A DNA stretch of 64,000 nucleotides from Neoconidiobolus thromboides FSU 785 (lineage: Eukaryota > Fungi > Entomophthoromycota). Below are positions 1 to 16,654 of the stretch, piece after piece. The stretch covers positions 1 through 64,000 of the forward strand of contig MU626270.1 of the NCBI GenBank assembly GCA_025603075.1. Direction: 5' to 3'. A program made the position numbers and the translations under genes. How positions within the stretch are numbered: position 1 is the stretch's first letter; each line of letters starts with the position of its first letter. The notes under the pieces were generated by a model. The model saw only the letters and a list, made by a program, of their open reading frames with translations. It had not been told where the DNA came from and did no database searches.

Positions 1-265
1 ATTATGAGGAATAGCACGTAATAGGTTACAAGCTATATAAGACAAATAGAATAGACAATACTAATGTAAAATCTATGTAAAATAATATTAAGAAAACTTA
101 GTGGCTTTATTAAATGTTCGAGATATCAGGGATTAATTCAGTTAAAAAGCCTCGAACTATTATACTCTGTAAACTCTTTTATACTCTGAAAAGTATAAGT
201 ATCAAAATGAGAAGATAATATTCTTTTGGGTGGAACTAGAAATTCTCATAACAAATCAAAATAAT
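1..265 (+). mobile_element. Decayed repeat copy B1, probable LTR-retrotransposon integrase core fragment; truncated by window start
   Basis: Aligns by eye to the reverse complement of ~7704-7970 and, over 1-160, to the reverse complement of ~318-480. All frames are interrupted by stops. Confidence 0.5.
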
Positions 266-317
266 TAACCATGGGACTGACGAAGCGATATTTCACAAAG
301 TATAAGAGGGATTCTAG

Positions 318-602
318 AATATAGTAGCTCGAGGCTTTTTAACTGAATTATTCCTTGATATCTCGTACCTTTAGTAAAGCCAGTAAATCTTTTTAATAGT
401 ATTTTACATAGATTTTACAGTAGTATTGTCTATTCTATTTATTTTGCATAATCTGTAGTATACTACGTGATATTCTTCATAATCCAAGTCTACTTTAGTC
501 ATATAAACTAAGACCTTTGGACTTACGGCTAGCCAATCAATCAAGAATTGCTTTTGACTCCAACCACTCAGTACTAAATTCCACACAAGTAATAGAAATA
601 TT
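318..602 (-). mobile_element. Decayed repeat copy B2, probable gypsy integrase core fragment
   Basis: Near-identical to 7812-8085 on the same strand. Minus-strand translation pieces (GTEWLESKA; YMTKVDLDYEEYHVVYYRLCKINRID; YQGIIQLKSLELL) resemble rve-type 'W.E.KA' and 'SP.ELL' segments. Explains most of ORF 404..700. Confidence 0.5.
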
Positions 603-606
603 AAAT

Positions 607-698
607 GGGGATGTATTTTTGTGTTTAAGAATTTTACTATTTTTCCGCTTAAATAGCGCTTAAAAATGGAAAAAATAATGAAGTCAAAAAACACTCCC
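607..698 (+). mobile_element. MITE family A copy 1
   Basis: GGGGATGTATTTTT...TTTTCCGCTTAAATAGCGCTTAAAAATGGAAAA...AAAAAACACTCCC; flanks AAAT/ATAT. Confidence 0.85.
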
Positions 699-1401
699 AT
701 ATACTAATAATATAGTTTTGATATTAAAACAATTAAACTATTATTTATATAATTTACAAAAGCTTTTTAAATGAAACTTTAGTTTTTTAATTTATTTATT
801 TAGAATAATTATTAAGACAAAAACATGCATATAACTAAAATAAATATTTTTAACAAGATTTTATAAAATTATATAGTTATTTATATAATCTAATTTCTAT
901 TATCAATAATATAGATTAAATTACTTAATTATTGTGTAACTGGTATCTTCATTTCAATTTGATAAATTATATTATATTCTTTTTTAATAAAAAGCATCTT
1001 TTTAAAAAATCTAAGTTTTAAAGTATAGATAATTAGATTAGGGTTTTTTCTAACAGTATTTTATTGTTCACTTAATTTATAATTCATAGTTTAAAAATTA
1101 GACGAAAAAACGAAACTAATTCTGGAGATTTTATATTTTTTTCTAGAATAATTAAAGTTAGAAAATTTAAAAAATAAGTCAAAAACCAAACGTTGTTTAA
1201 AGTTCAAATAGGAACTAAAAATGCTCATTTCGAAATAAAATTTAGATTTCAAGCTATAAATAGTGCAATAGTACAGATTATTAATAGGAAAAATGGTTGC
1301 TAGTTAATGATTATTTAAGCTTAAATGTTGTTTAGTTTTAGCTTTTTGTATTTCTGGCTTAATCATTTTAGAAAAAAGATAGATCAAGTGAATTTATAAA
1401 A

Positions 1402-1482
1402 TCAGGTTAGGATTAGGGTTACAATTGATGTTAGGACTAGGTTAAGGCTAGAATTAGTGTTGATATTAATCTTAGTGTTAAT
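1402..1482 (+). repeat. Degenerate TTAGGG-like 6-bp periodic repeat, probably a remnant of TIR element family C
   Basis: ttagga ttaggg ttacaa ttgatg ttagga ctagg ttaagg ctagaa ttagtg..., followed by GAAAGTAC.TTAAAA as at ~38020. Confidence 0.55.
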
Positions 1483-1552
1483 GTGAAAGTACTTTAAAAT
1501 ATTTATAGATTTTAATATAATTAGCAATTTCTATTACTACAAAAGGCGATTT

Positions 1553-2340
1553 TTTTACAGGGAGCATACCTGTAAGTATACTCCTATACCATAGTCCTCT
1601 TTATTGGTAAATCAATAGTTCTTGCCCTCCAATCAAAAGAAAGGATTCCCAAATATGGCCTAGAATGGGACGTTAAATACAAAGAGGGAAATAAATCAAG
1701 AGCCAAAAGATCAAGAAGCTTCAAAAAAACAGTATGGGAAGAATAGGTGAAATTTTTCCAAGATATTGTGCTTTAAGGTTATACAATTACTTCAATGGAA
1801 ATTCCTGCTATATAACGGTGGGCAAAGAAATAGAAGGGGGTATGATCGATGGTTTATAAGAATAGAATAATCATTTATATAAAAAAAATTCAAAAAGATC
1901 TGGAAAGGTTTAGACAGCATCCCATCAAACTATCGGATTCTGAAAAAGCCATGGAAGATCGCAACGTAGATACAGTCAGTATTACTGGCTTATCCCTCTA
2001 TCATGTTAACATATCAATCCTTTACGAGAATAATAACTATCACGAAACTATCGAGAATATAGATCAACTTGTACATGTGTTTAAGGATATAATATCAATG
2101 AAAAAAACGATCATTATTCAATACCACATTTCAAACCTAAGATATTTAGAGCAATATTGAAAGATCTCAGAAATACAGCTTTCTCTAACCCAGCATTTTG
2201 CCATTGCTATCTAAACCATAAATCTTTTGCCTTAAACGACAATAAGCTAATGGGTATTACAAGCTGGTAGTACACTGACTACTATCCCCCTGAGTTGGAA
2301 CAAGTCATTGCCAAATACTTTGGTTTGCTTTAAATAACTA
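1553..2340 (+). mobile_element. Decayed Ty3/gypsy pol remnant (RNase H end to integrase zinc finger)
   Basis: Broken frames read FFTGSIPVSILLYHSPLYW (cf. YL.G..F.V.TDH..L.W), LEWDVKYKEGNKSRA (cf. EYD..I.YK.G..N..AD) and H...SHG....QYYW (H2C2 integrase zinc-binding region), in gypsy order. Multiple stops and frameshifts. Confidence 0.55.
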
Positions 2341-3671
2341 AGTAGACAATACCCATGTATAGTCAAATTTTCAAAAAGAACAATGATCAATTTTACCAAT
2401 TGTGTTTTAACATAATATTAATAAATGCTCTAAACGTAATTTTTAAGAAACACTATATTGCATTATTTGTTTCAATGTCTTAAATTAAAAACAATTAAAG
2501 TAGAGAATAAATTTAATTAAATTTCCTTGTAAAGACAAATATATTCAAGTATAATAATTAATGCGTTCTTTTGATTACTTATCATTGTGGAAGTGCTTGC
2601 TTTTATTTGAGAATTTGAAGGTTTTAAAGAATACAAATACAGAATATCAGAAGAAGATTTGAAAATTAGAGGAATACTTTAACAGACAATTCAAATTTTA
2701 ATGTCTCTAACAAGCCAGTTCTCCTTAACAGGTAATTTATTTTTTATTTCCTCTTGCCAAAGCTTGACTTTGGTTGCTGAATAGAGGAAACCAGGAATTA
2801 AAACAAAACAACACAAAAACAGCCAAAATAATTAATCTTTTGTCTATAAGTTCTGTTGTTTTATAAAGCTTGCTTTAATATAACTAACTGAAGTGCTTAC
2901 ACTAAGATTATTTCGATTCTATAAATAGAAAATTGATTTATTTACTAAATGAATAATAAAAAATATTATAACATTTAAAAAATTGACTTTTCATATAATT
3001 TAGCATGAGGATAAGAAATCCAATAATGGTCTTTTAAAAATTAAAAATTATAAAAACTATCAATTATCGTGCCTGATGCTATTTGAAAAATTGTTAAAAA
3101 TAGCATAAATAGACAACTTTTAAATGTTTATTTAAATCCACAAATCTTTATTTTACCTTAAACCAACTTAATATGGGTATTAATAACTATGCATTTGAAA
3201 ACCCGCTTATTATTCATAAGAACGTATAGACTTCTAGATGCTCATGCTACATTTACCAATGTTTAATTTTGAACCCTCAGGTTAGAGAATAATTCATTAT
3301 TATAAAAACTTTCGACTTTGAGCTTAAGTGCGCAAGCTTGCTTTAACAAGTACCGAGACTAGAAAAAAGTGATAGAGCCATTCTTTGGTAAAATTTTATC
3401 AAGAATAATGAAATAAAGTTATGCCATACATCTTTATTTATAAAAAAAGGCCAGAGCATAATGATGATGGGTTGTATTATTTTTACAAATTGATCAAAAA
3501 TTGCGAGTAATTTCTTGAGATTCCCGAAGTTAGTCATAACATTTTTTTAAATAAGGGTCATTTTGCGGAAAATGGGGTTATGTTCAAAAAATAATAATTT
3601 GGAGTAATTTTATTTGAAAAAATGCCAAATTTATTAAGATATATTTATTAAACGAATCGTATAATATTAAA

Positions 3672-4934
3672 TCATAAAGCTTTTGTTAACTCATTGAACT
3701 GTTCATCTTCAGATTGGAAAATAAAATGCTTGGTAGAAGCGTGCTCCAATTCCGAAGAGTTATTAAATGTCATTAGGTTAGGTTTATTTTGTCCCATCTC
3801 AATATTGTTAACGTCTTCTAAATAAAAAATTATTATCAATTCTCTACGATAAAAACAAAAACCTACCAATTTTGGTTGGATATTCTCTTTGTTTTTTGGC
3901 TTTGTTGTATATCCTTTTAAATACTTTTTTAATTGCAGTGTGGACAGTAGGATCTAAAAAGAAAGCAACAAAATTGAGAGCTCCTACTAAACCAGTACAT
4001 ATATAAGATAGTTGACGAAGAACAGGTATTGTTTGCTCAGTGAAATCATAATAGAGTTGATTAGTAATAGTGAACGTTTGGGAAATGATGACAATGATAG
4101 GGTATAATATACTAAGAACTAAATTAGTATCAATATTGAAACTTTGATGATAAGCTTACACTCTATAAGTTAACATTTTAATACTCCTAATAGCCTTTTG
4201 GGATACTTGTGCATTTTGAAACATCCGGGATCTTTTAATATGATTTGATTCTCGATTGATATGAATCATTACTAATACCACTATAATTATAATGTATAAT
4301 ATCCCAAGTATTGTCCATAAACTACAAGCAAATAAATCTATCATTCTTCCTACAAACTCATCTTCTCCACTAGTATAACATCCATCATGTTTACTATAAC
4401 CTAAACCTCCGGCAGCTATGAATAAAATTAGCATATAACTCAATAACAAGTAACAATAGTCTACCTAGTGGTACAGTAGCCAAGATAAAGGCGAGAAGGA
4501 TGGGACCAATCCAATAAGCAGCTTCAATCCTATTGGTGATCTTAATATTATGCAAAAAAACTAATTGAAGATTAACAGCAACAACGACATTATAAAAGAT
4601 ATACAATAATGGGAAAAAGATGAGAGACCAACCAATGAAAGTACACATTGGACCTTCATAATCAAATAGTCGCATCCACATGTATGCAGTATGCGTCCAT
4701 ATATCAATTAATGAGATCATTGTTTGTAATCTTAAGGAAATACGATTAACTAATTTATGGTCATAGATTACTATAAAAATATTAATATAATGTTGACATC
4801 AAGGGTGAATAGTTACCTAAAGAAACCATAGTAATTACCACAACGGCAGCTAAAATAGCAGAAACCTGAGCCATTATCGGGTAAACTACCCCAGTAATGT
4901 AGTCATCATTTAGTGACGTAGCTTCTTCTTCCAT
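3672..4934 (-). CDS. 7-transmembrane GPCR-like protein (cAMP-receptor/Git3-like), multi-exon
   Basis: Spliced product: MEEEATSLNDDYITGVVYPIMAQVSAILAAVVVITMVSL|VIYDHKLVNRISLRLQTMISLID...SLYPIIVII...GLVGALNFVAFFLDPTVH...; GT-AG introns join ORFs 4394..4720, 4156..4449 and 3672..3869; seven hydrophobic segments plausible. Confidence 0.75.
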
Positions 4935-6170
4935 GTTGAACTGGATGAATTAAAAGATGGAGGTGATATAAAATAAACAAAAATATCAAAGTTTTTAAAA
5001 AATAAGGCATGGCTTATTTATATAGTGATTTTTTATTGACTCAATAGCATTATTTATAATTAGTATAAATTTTTCTTTAATTGTTCACACCTTCTTTTGT
5101 TCCCTGACTTCATTATTCCTTGGACTAATTTTGTTGCTTTTAGACCCTTATTTTGTTATTAATTAATTTTCGTAGTACTTTTCTGTTCTAACTTTTTATT
5201 TGGCAAAACCATTGTCGGAAAATAGAATTCGACAATTTTAATGCTTATTGGTTAATTTAATTTAATCGAACCCTACCGTTTCTTTTATTGGATTTAAAAT
5301 TATTATTTTTATATCACAACTTTGATGGCAATCGCTATAATCTTAGTCACCAAAATGTTATAACTAGCTTAAATGGTTTATTATCTAATTAAATATAAAA
5401 ATATTCAAAAAATATATGTTCCTTGAATATATAAAGCCTATTATTTTAATTAATTTATGCCTATCTTATTTTTTAATAATGTGGTGTTGTGATATGCTTC
5501 AAATTAACTTTTACTAATTTAATAAATGCTTCCGATATTTAATAAATGATGACTATTAATTTAGTAGAAATGTAATCTGCGAATAGTTCCTTATCAAACA
5601 TAGAATGTAATAGGAATAGAATTCGAGCTTTCTCACCTTTTATAATGCTTAGCTTTATTTTTATTTGATGGACTCTTTAAGTCCGGGTCTTAAGTTTTTA
5701 TAATTTTGTCTCTTAGCTCTACCACTTGGGACTCAAATGAGTTTATTTAAGTAATAGAGACTTGGGACTGTATGCTTTTAAGAATTATGAATAAGGTGAA
5801 TAAATAATGCTTTGAAAATAAAAATGTGATAATTAATATATTTGTATATTTGAAATTGTTTATTATGCTACTAAATTTATGTATAGATTGTTTAATATCA
5901 ATCTAATAGATATTTTCGAGTTGATTTTCGAGTTGATTTTCGATTAATAATGGGAGCAATTGTTATTGATCATAACCTTATTTCAAAATAAATCCTCAAT
6001 TCAGTCTATTATTATCAAGCTAATAAAAATTGAGCAAAATTAAAATCAAAATACTATATTTGGATAATTTGTAAATACAAACATGTCTATCCCATTAGCT
6101 GGTTTTAAATTGGAATACTAATATTTCGATAAAGTTTGAGGCGATATTATACACTATATTTTATACATTG

Positions 6171-6247
6171 TATTTTATATTTTATATTTTATATTTTATA
6201 TTTTATATTTTATATTTTATATTTTATATTTTATATTTTATATTTTA
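6171..6247. repeat. (TATTTTA)n microsatellite, ~11 units
   Basis: Direct reading. Confidence 0.9.
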
Positions 6248-6518
6248 AAATTCAATATACAAACAAAATGATAGGTGTAGTTTAATTTAGTGGTTGAAAT
6301 TTATAATAAAGTAATTTTAAACCAACTTTTTAAAATAACAATTTAACCTTTGACTGCACGATTAGTTTTTTGATTAAATACAAACTTTGTACACAGCAGT
6401 AAATGACGATTGCTTGTAGCATTAAGTTATTCTTTAAGAAACAAAAGCATCCTCCTTTACATGTATACTATTTCGTACAACTACTACTATACATTTTGTA
6501 GCCTTTAAATCGTTATAT

Positions 6519-6616
6519 GGGGATGTGTTTTTTAGTTTCATTACTTTTCCATTTTTCAAACATTATTTAAGTGGAAAAACTGCTAGTAAAATTCTTAAAC
6601 GAAAAAATACATTCTC
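6519..6616 (-). mobile_element. MITE family A copy 2
   Basis: Reverse-complement copy; flanks ATAT/ATAT. Confidence 0.85.
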
Positions 6617-6948
6617 ATATGAAGATGTTCAAATTGATTTCAGGATTTAGTTGTAAACTCGAATCCTAACTTTTTAAATTTATAAGTGCTTAAATGTATG
6701 ATTAGTTAAGTTTAAAAAGCTTAAAATTAAATTCAAAAATTTATTATTTATTATTTATAATGATAAATTTAATCAAACAATATATAGAACTAATGCCTTG
6801 AAAGCTTCAGTATATTTTCTTAATGAATATAAAAGTTATGGATTTAATATAAGAAGAGATTACTATAATTGTCTAAAAATAATTAATAATAATAAAATAC
6901 TAATACTGTAACCCGTTATTAAAAATAAGTAAATCAAAATTACTATAT

Positions 6949-7036
6949 GGGAGTGTTTTTTTTGACTTCATTATTTTTTCCACTTAAATAGCGCTGTAAA
7001 AATGAAAAAAGTGATGAAACCAAAAAAAACATCCTC
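6949..7036. mobile_element. MITE family A copy 3 (recombinant, two right-type arms)
   Basis: GGGAGTGTTTTTTTGACTTCATTATTTTTTCC-ACTTAAATAGCGCT-...GAAAAAAGTGATGAAACCAAAAAAAACATCCTC; flanks ATAT/ATAT. Confidence 0.8.
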
Positions 7037-7114
7037 ATATAATATTTACTAAATGATTCAACTATTTTACTAAGATTGAATAAAAAAATAATAATAATAA
7101 ACATTAATCAAACA

Positions 7115-7212
7115 GGGATGTATTTTTGTATTTAAGGATTTTACTAACAATTTTTCTGCTCAAATAGCGCTTAAAAAGTAGAAAAGGTAATGAAGTCAAA
7201 AAAAACAGCCCC
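7115..7212 (+). mobile_element. MITE family A copy 4
   Basis: GGGATGTATTTTTGTATTTAAGGATTTTACTAAC...CAAATAGCGCTTAAAA...ACAGCCCC. Confidence 0.85.
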
Positions 7213-7368
7213 ATATACTAAATAAAAATGGGAAAATAATATATAGTAAATATTTTAAAAATGAAACAGTAACTAGGTTAATATTTAAATACATATTAAA
7301 TACATATTAAATAATTTTAAAAATCTACTAAAAAAACAGATTTATATAATATATGTGCCCCAGTATAT

Positions 7369-7466
7369 GGGAATATTTTTTTAGCTTCAGCATTTTTTCC
7401 ATCTTTTAAGCGCTATTTGAGTGGAAAAATTGTTAGTAAAATTCTTAAATACAAAAATACATCCCC
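7369..7466 (-). mobile_element. MITE family A copy 5
   Basis: Reverse-complement copy; flanks ATAT/ATAT. Confidence 0.85.
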
Positions 7467-7689
7467 ATATAATTAAAAAGAGTTGTTTGAAACAAAACAA
7501 ATGTGTTAATAAAAAATACAACAAAGATAAAAAAATCTTTTAATAAAAAAAATTATATAAATCCTATGAATTTTATGTTGATACTCAAAAAATTGTGTTT
7601 AATAAAACCGTGAAATATCGCTTTGTCAGCTTTATGATTGACTATAACATAACAATCACTTAAGTTGTTATGTTCTCGAGTTCAGGCGC

Positions 7690-8085
7690 AATTAGTCTCA
7701 AGCTCTTATTTTGATTTGTTATGAGGATTTCTGTCATATGATTCCAAAGGACATTATCCCCCTGTTTTGATATTCATACTTGTTGAAGTGTAAAACAGAT
7801 TTAAGAAATAGTAACTTGGGGCTTTTTGACTGAATTATTCCTTGATACTGTACCCTTAATAAAGCCACTAAATTATCCTTTTAGTATTTTACGTAGATTT
7901 TAAGTAGTACTGTCTATTCTATTTGTCTTACATAGTCTGTAATATATTACGTGCTATTCTTCATAATCCAAGTCTACCTTAGTCACATAAACTAAGACTT
8001 TTCGACTTACGGCTAGTCAATCAATAACTGCTTTTGACTCCAACTACTCAGTACCAGATTCTACAGCTATTAAGAAATTAAATAA
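7690..8085 (-). mobile_element. Decayed repeat copy B3, probable gypsy integrase core fragment
   Basis: Longest copy. Minus-strand translation: FLIAVESGTE*LESKAVID*LAVSRKVLVYVTKVDLDYEE*HVIYYRLCKTNRIDSTT*NLRKILKG...QYQGIIQSKSPKLLF. Confidence 0.5.
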
Positions 8086-8436
8086 TAAAAGTTATATAAT
8101 AACTTTAAACTTTAAATAAAATATAGATATAAAAACAAAACCAAATCTAACAGATTTGAGTTATTGTAATAAACGAACTATATTGGTGTTAATATTTAGT
8201 ATTTCGTATTTAAAAAATAATATATATAAAGTTTGTTCTGATTATCTATCTAAAATATTAAATTATAATTCAGTATAAATAAGAAACTCTTTGGTTAATT
8301 TAGTATATAAAAAGCTTTTATTTAATAATTTTATAAAACTTAATATATAGGTAGATACAGGAAGTTATTTTAAATCCTAGAAGCTTTTATAATATATATT
8401 ATATATTATATATTTAAAAAAATTTATAAAGTAAAT

Positions 8437-8534
8437 GGGAGTGTTTTTTTAATTCTATTATTTTTTCCATTTTTTAAGCGCTATTTAAGCGGAAATTTTG
8501 TTAGTAAAATCCTTGAACACAAAAATACATCCTC
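8437..8534 (-). mobile_element. MITE family A copy 6
   Basis: Reverse-complement copy; flanks AAAT/AAAT (matched non-ATAT duplication). Confidence 0.85.
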
Positions 8535-9359
8535 AAATAGTAGTTTGAATATTGACTTTAATTTTTTTGCTAAGTGTTATAGAAAAAGTATAGTTAATGG
8601 ACATTTTGGAAATCTTTTATAATAGAAAAATATTTTCAAAGCATTAAGCAAAATAAAAAATATGACTCAATTAATTTTAAATTCTGAAGTTTTTATTTAT
8701 TTAGTAGTAAACCCGCAATGTTGGCTATAAAGCAGTCAATAATAAATATTTTTTAATAAAGTTTTACAAAAATGTATACTTGTTTACATACTACAACTTT
8801 AATTAATATCACTATATATGTTATATTAATAAAAGGCTCCCTAATCTAGGAATCTTCATTAAATTTAATAGAAATTCTACTAATTTGTAATAGAAATTAT
8901 AATAAAATAATTTAAAACTAATATATTTTTTTAATAAAGAATTTATTTTTATACAATTTTAAGCAAAGTTCTTAAAATACAAAATTTTTAGAAATCGGGT
9001 AAAAAAAAGAACTTAATTTGGACATCGCACATGCTATATCTATTGTGGACAAATTTTTGCTTATTCATAAGGGTTGTTCTAAGATTTACCACTTTGTTGG
9101 TTTTTTAATTATTAACTTATTATCTAAATAAAAACACAAGGTCTTTTGATCTTCGTATTCTTTAAAAATCATATTGTATTTAAATTTAATTATCATCAAA
9201 TTGTAATAAGCACATAGTAAAGACAATATGATAAAATGGAATTTTGTTTGTTAAATCTATTATAAAGAATTCTCAAAAGTAATAAGTATCATTTGATATT
9301 TGGATTGAAAAATATTGGATTATTATAATGAGTTCAAAAATTATTCTCAAATATGTAAT

Positions 9360-9459
9360 GGGGAATGTATTTTTGTGTTTATGAATTTTACTAAGAATTT
9401 TTCCGCTCAAATAGAATGATTGAAAGATCGAAAAAGCAATGGAGCTAAAAAATGCGCCC
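9360..9459 (+). mobile_element. MITE family A copy 7 (diverged)
   Basis: GGGGAATGTATTTTTGTGTTTATGAATTTTACTAAG...TTCCGCTCAAATAG...GCGCCC. Confidence 0.75.
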
Positions 9460-9632
9460 TAATTAAAAAATTAAAGTAGATTTAAAAGTAAAATTTATCA
9501 TATCCCGAGTCTATAAAAATCCCTTTACTTTACTTTTATGAAATTTTAGCATATTTGAAAAAAACATAAAAAATGAAAATTTATTCATATCATAACCCAA
9601 ATAATATTTATTTAAAATGTACGTTACTTTTA

Positions 9633-14485
<4,853 letters not shown>

Positions 14486-15756
14486 GATATAAAAAGATTC
14501 TTTTTAATTTGGATGATTTTTTTATAAAAAATCAATAGCATCCCTTTGATCTCGTCACTTGAGCCAATCATATACAGGTTTCAATGATATGCTTTGTTGT
14601 AGTAAAAAATCATTTTTAATGCTTTCTTGTTTGTTATTGATGCTTATTAATAATATAGTTTAATAAAATGTCTATATAGTTATTTTGTTATCATTTATAT
14701 GATTAAAACTAGTATTATGAGATAGCATATCAATAATTAGAATAATATTTTTACTTTTATCTAGTAAAATTTTGCTTATGAGTTAACTTTTTACTAGAAT
14801 ATGAATCTTTTTAAATTTTATAGTATTGAACGATTAAAATCGATACATACCAGACTAGATAGCTCAAAGAACCAGTTTTAAAAAATATGCCTAATATTAC
14901 AATGAATATATCAACAGCTCAATGTTTTATAGATTCTATGTTTTTAGTTATATTTTCAATACAATAGGAGTAAGTAAATAAAATTAATAAGATCAATCAA
15001 AGCCTCAACCAGATGCTGAATTTTATTCAACGAAAACCAATTTTACTAGAAATTCATTCATTAAATACTATTTAAAGTCTTATATAATATTTAAACTATT
15101 TACAGGACAATAAATTAAAATTTTTTATAGTTGAATCGTTGTCAAATTCGAATGAAAAATGTTATAATACTATTTACAACTTTAAATAGATCTAAATTAA
15201 CTTTTTAAGGAGCTTGATTTTTATTTAGTAATTTAATAATGCTTAAAAATATCTATTTAATCGTATTATTTTGTTTCATTTATTCTTATTTCATCAAATA
15301 TAGAACTAAAAGTGTGAAACTTACAGAACATTTCAACGACTATATATTCATTGTAGGTATTTTCTTGAGCACTTTCACATTCTTTTGTAAAAAGCATGTA
15401 AGGAATATACAATTGCAATAGGTAAATTTCTACATTAAAGAATTTATGTTTGTAGGCAAAATAAATAGAATTTTTTCTATTAAACAGCTCAAAAATGAAA
15501 ATCTCTATTGTAACTAATATCCTTTTTTAAAAAAAGATGAGATTATTTATGAATATATTTAATATTAATCTCACTTGTTTTGTTTTTAACTAAAGATTAT
15601 TTATAAAGTAAAAATTATTTTAAACTAGAAATATACTTATCAATATGTTTAGCTAATAATTCAATTCACTTTGTTTAATAAAGGTTAGGAAAGTACATAC
15701 TAAATGGACAATCGACTTAGAGATTATTATTATTTGACTATAAATGATTAATATAT

Positions 15757-15855
15757 AGAAGTGTTTTTTTTGGTTTCATTACTTTCTCTATTTTTTAAGC
15801 GCTATTTGAGTAAGAAAGTTATTAGTAAAATTTTAAAACAAAAAAACATATCCCC
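15757..15855 (-). mobile_element. MITE family A copy 8
   Basis: Reverse-complement copy ending ...CATATCCCC-ATAT. Confidence 0.8.
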
Positions 15856-16483
15856 ATATAATGAACATTTATGTATTATGCGGCTTTTATAATGTATAAA
15901 GGTATAATTAACTTTTTATCCTTACTTCTTTATTATAATAGAACGTGTTAGAACTTTATTATTGTCAAATTAAATACTGTGTTTGTAACTTCATATTTAG
16001 TTTAATAGAGAAGCCAGTTCAAGCACTTTGTAAAAATAAAGATAAATGTAAAAACTCTAATGACTTATATACAAATGTTAAAACCTACTGACAATATTTT
16101 TGAAACCTAAAATTGGGATAAATAGAATAAAGGTATAATTTTAATTCAAGCAATCTTCTTGCTAAATATCAACAAATAGTACAGTAAGACAAGTTAGTTT
16201 TAATTTGAGGTCCATTTTTCCTTACTTTGATTTATTGTAAAAGGTAGATCAAGCATAAATATTAAAAATTAAAGTGTATGTTTTTTTATTTAAAGAAATT
16301 GATTAAGTTAAATTAAACTTAGATTCTTTTGAAAAATAAAAAATAAAAAATAAAAACACCATCCCTGTTTTTTTGCTAGTTTTACAAATTATGGTTTTAA
16401 TATACAGTATTTTTATTACATTACGGCTATAGCAAGAAATTTTTAATCAAATAGGGAATTTTTTCTTTTTGTAACTATGATTT

Positions 16484-16581
16484 GGGAATGTATTTTTATA
16501 TTTAAGAATTTTACTAACAATTTTTCCACTCAAATAGCGCTTAAAGATAGAAAAAGTGATAAAGTCAAAAAAAACATCCTC
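16484..16581 (+). mobile_element. MITE family A copy 9
   Basis: Full copy; flanks ATTT/ATTT. Confidence 0.85.
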
Positions 16582-16620
16582 ATTTAATGAAAATGTTATA
16601 TATCGAAACAAACTAAAAAT

Positions 16621-16654
16621 GGGGATGTATTCTTAAACAAAAAAATACATCCCC
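16621..16654. mobile_element. MITE family A copy 10, 34-bp mini derivative (two left ends)
   Basis: GGGGATGTATT-CTTAAACAAAAA-AATACATCCCC; flanks AAAT/ATAT. Confidence 0.75.

Noticed and set aside
404-700. 98-aa minus-strand ORF
   Set aside because: Chimeric read-through of MITE copy 1 and retroelement fragment B2
3150-3650. ORF 3343..3537 and a possible Mutator-like terminal sequence at ~3550-3640
   Set aside because: No recognisable transposase motif and no partner TIR found in the window
5913-5945. GAGTTGATTTTC repeated ~2.5 times
   Set aside because: Too short; no spacers, so not a CRISPR-like or other organised array
6640-6675. TCGAATCC resembling a tRNA T-loop
   Set aside because: No cloverleaf stems or A-box; no tRNA or rRNA gene seen in the window
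7950-8060. TGG to TAG/TGA changes in copy B3 suggesting RIP-like hypermutation
   Set aside because: Only two or three sites; ordinary C-to-T decay explains them
15239-15421. 60-aa ORF with hydrophobic N-terminus
   Set aside because: Composition matches AT-rich background (F/I/K/Y rich); no motif or GC rise
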